Positions 63,903-64,000 of a DNA stretch of 64,000 nt are shown here, one piece after another (position 1 is the first letter of the stretch; every line of letters begins with the position of its first letter). The notes under the pieces are model-generated. The model had not been told where the DNA came from and ran no database searches. It saw only the letters and a program-made list of their open reading frames with translations. The translations under genes were made by a program, and so were the position numbers. Source of the stretch: Macrostomum lignano (lineage: Eukaryota). Location of the stretch: the NCBI GenBank assembly GCA_002269645.1, contig NIVC01001912.1, forward strand, positions 1 to 64,000, written 5' to 3'.

Positions 63903-64000
63903 TGATTAATTAATTTAATTCACGGCCAAGATAATTTCAAAAATTCATTGTCTATACATATCGGTAGCTTCTTTAGTCCTGCAACCGGCACAATCTATCT

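Overview
Animal (invertebrate-like) nuclear DNA. Positions 1-16177 are the right-hand ~16 kb of an AT-rich Maverick/Polinton (adintovirus-like endogenous dsDNA virus). It carries a frameshifted pPolB, a fibre-like gene, adenain protease, penton, packaging ATPase, major capsid protein, an HNH endonuclease and a PLA2-integrase gene, and it ends in ...CCTACTACT inside an intron of the host SUCLG1 gene. The main discovery is a complete 303-nt IC1-type group I self-splicing intron (13762-14064) that splits the conserved PLA2 'G-P-G' loop of the PLA2-integrase gene. A free-standing HNH endonuclease sits immediately upstream, which suggests a collaborative-homing pair. The same virus also carries a family of 30-nt GC-rich double-hairpin elements of fixed geometry but variable sequence, inserted in frame in about seven genes. 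The remainder is host DNA: SUCLG1 (first two exons), a divergent GPCR, an NHL-repeat gene, a complete RTCB, the first exon of an OSR1/SPAK kinase, Penelope retroelements with hammerhead-like motifs, EnSpm-like and hAT elements, tRNA-derived SINEs and many mini/microsatellites. All calls were made by eye with no database searches, so novelty statements reflect my own knowledge only.
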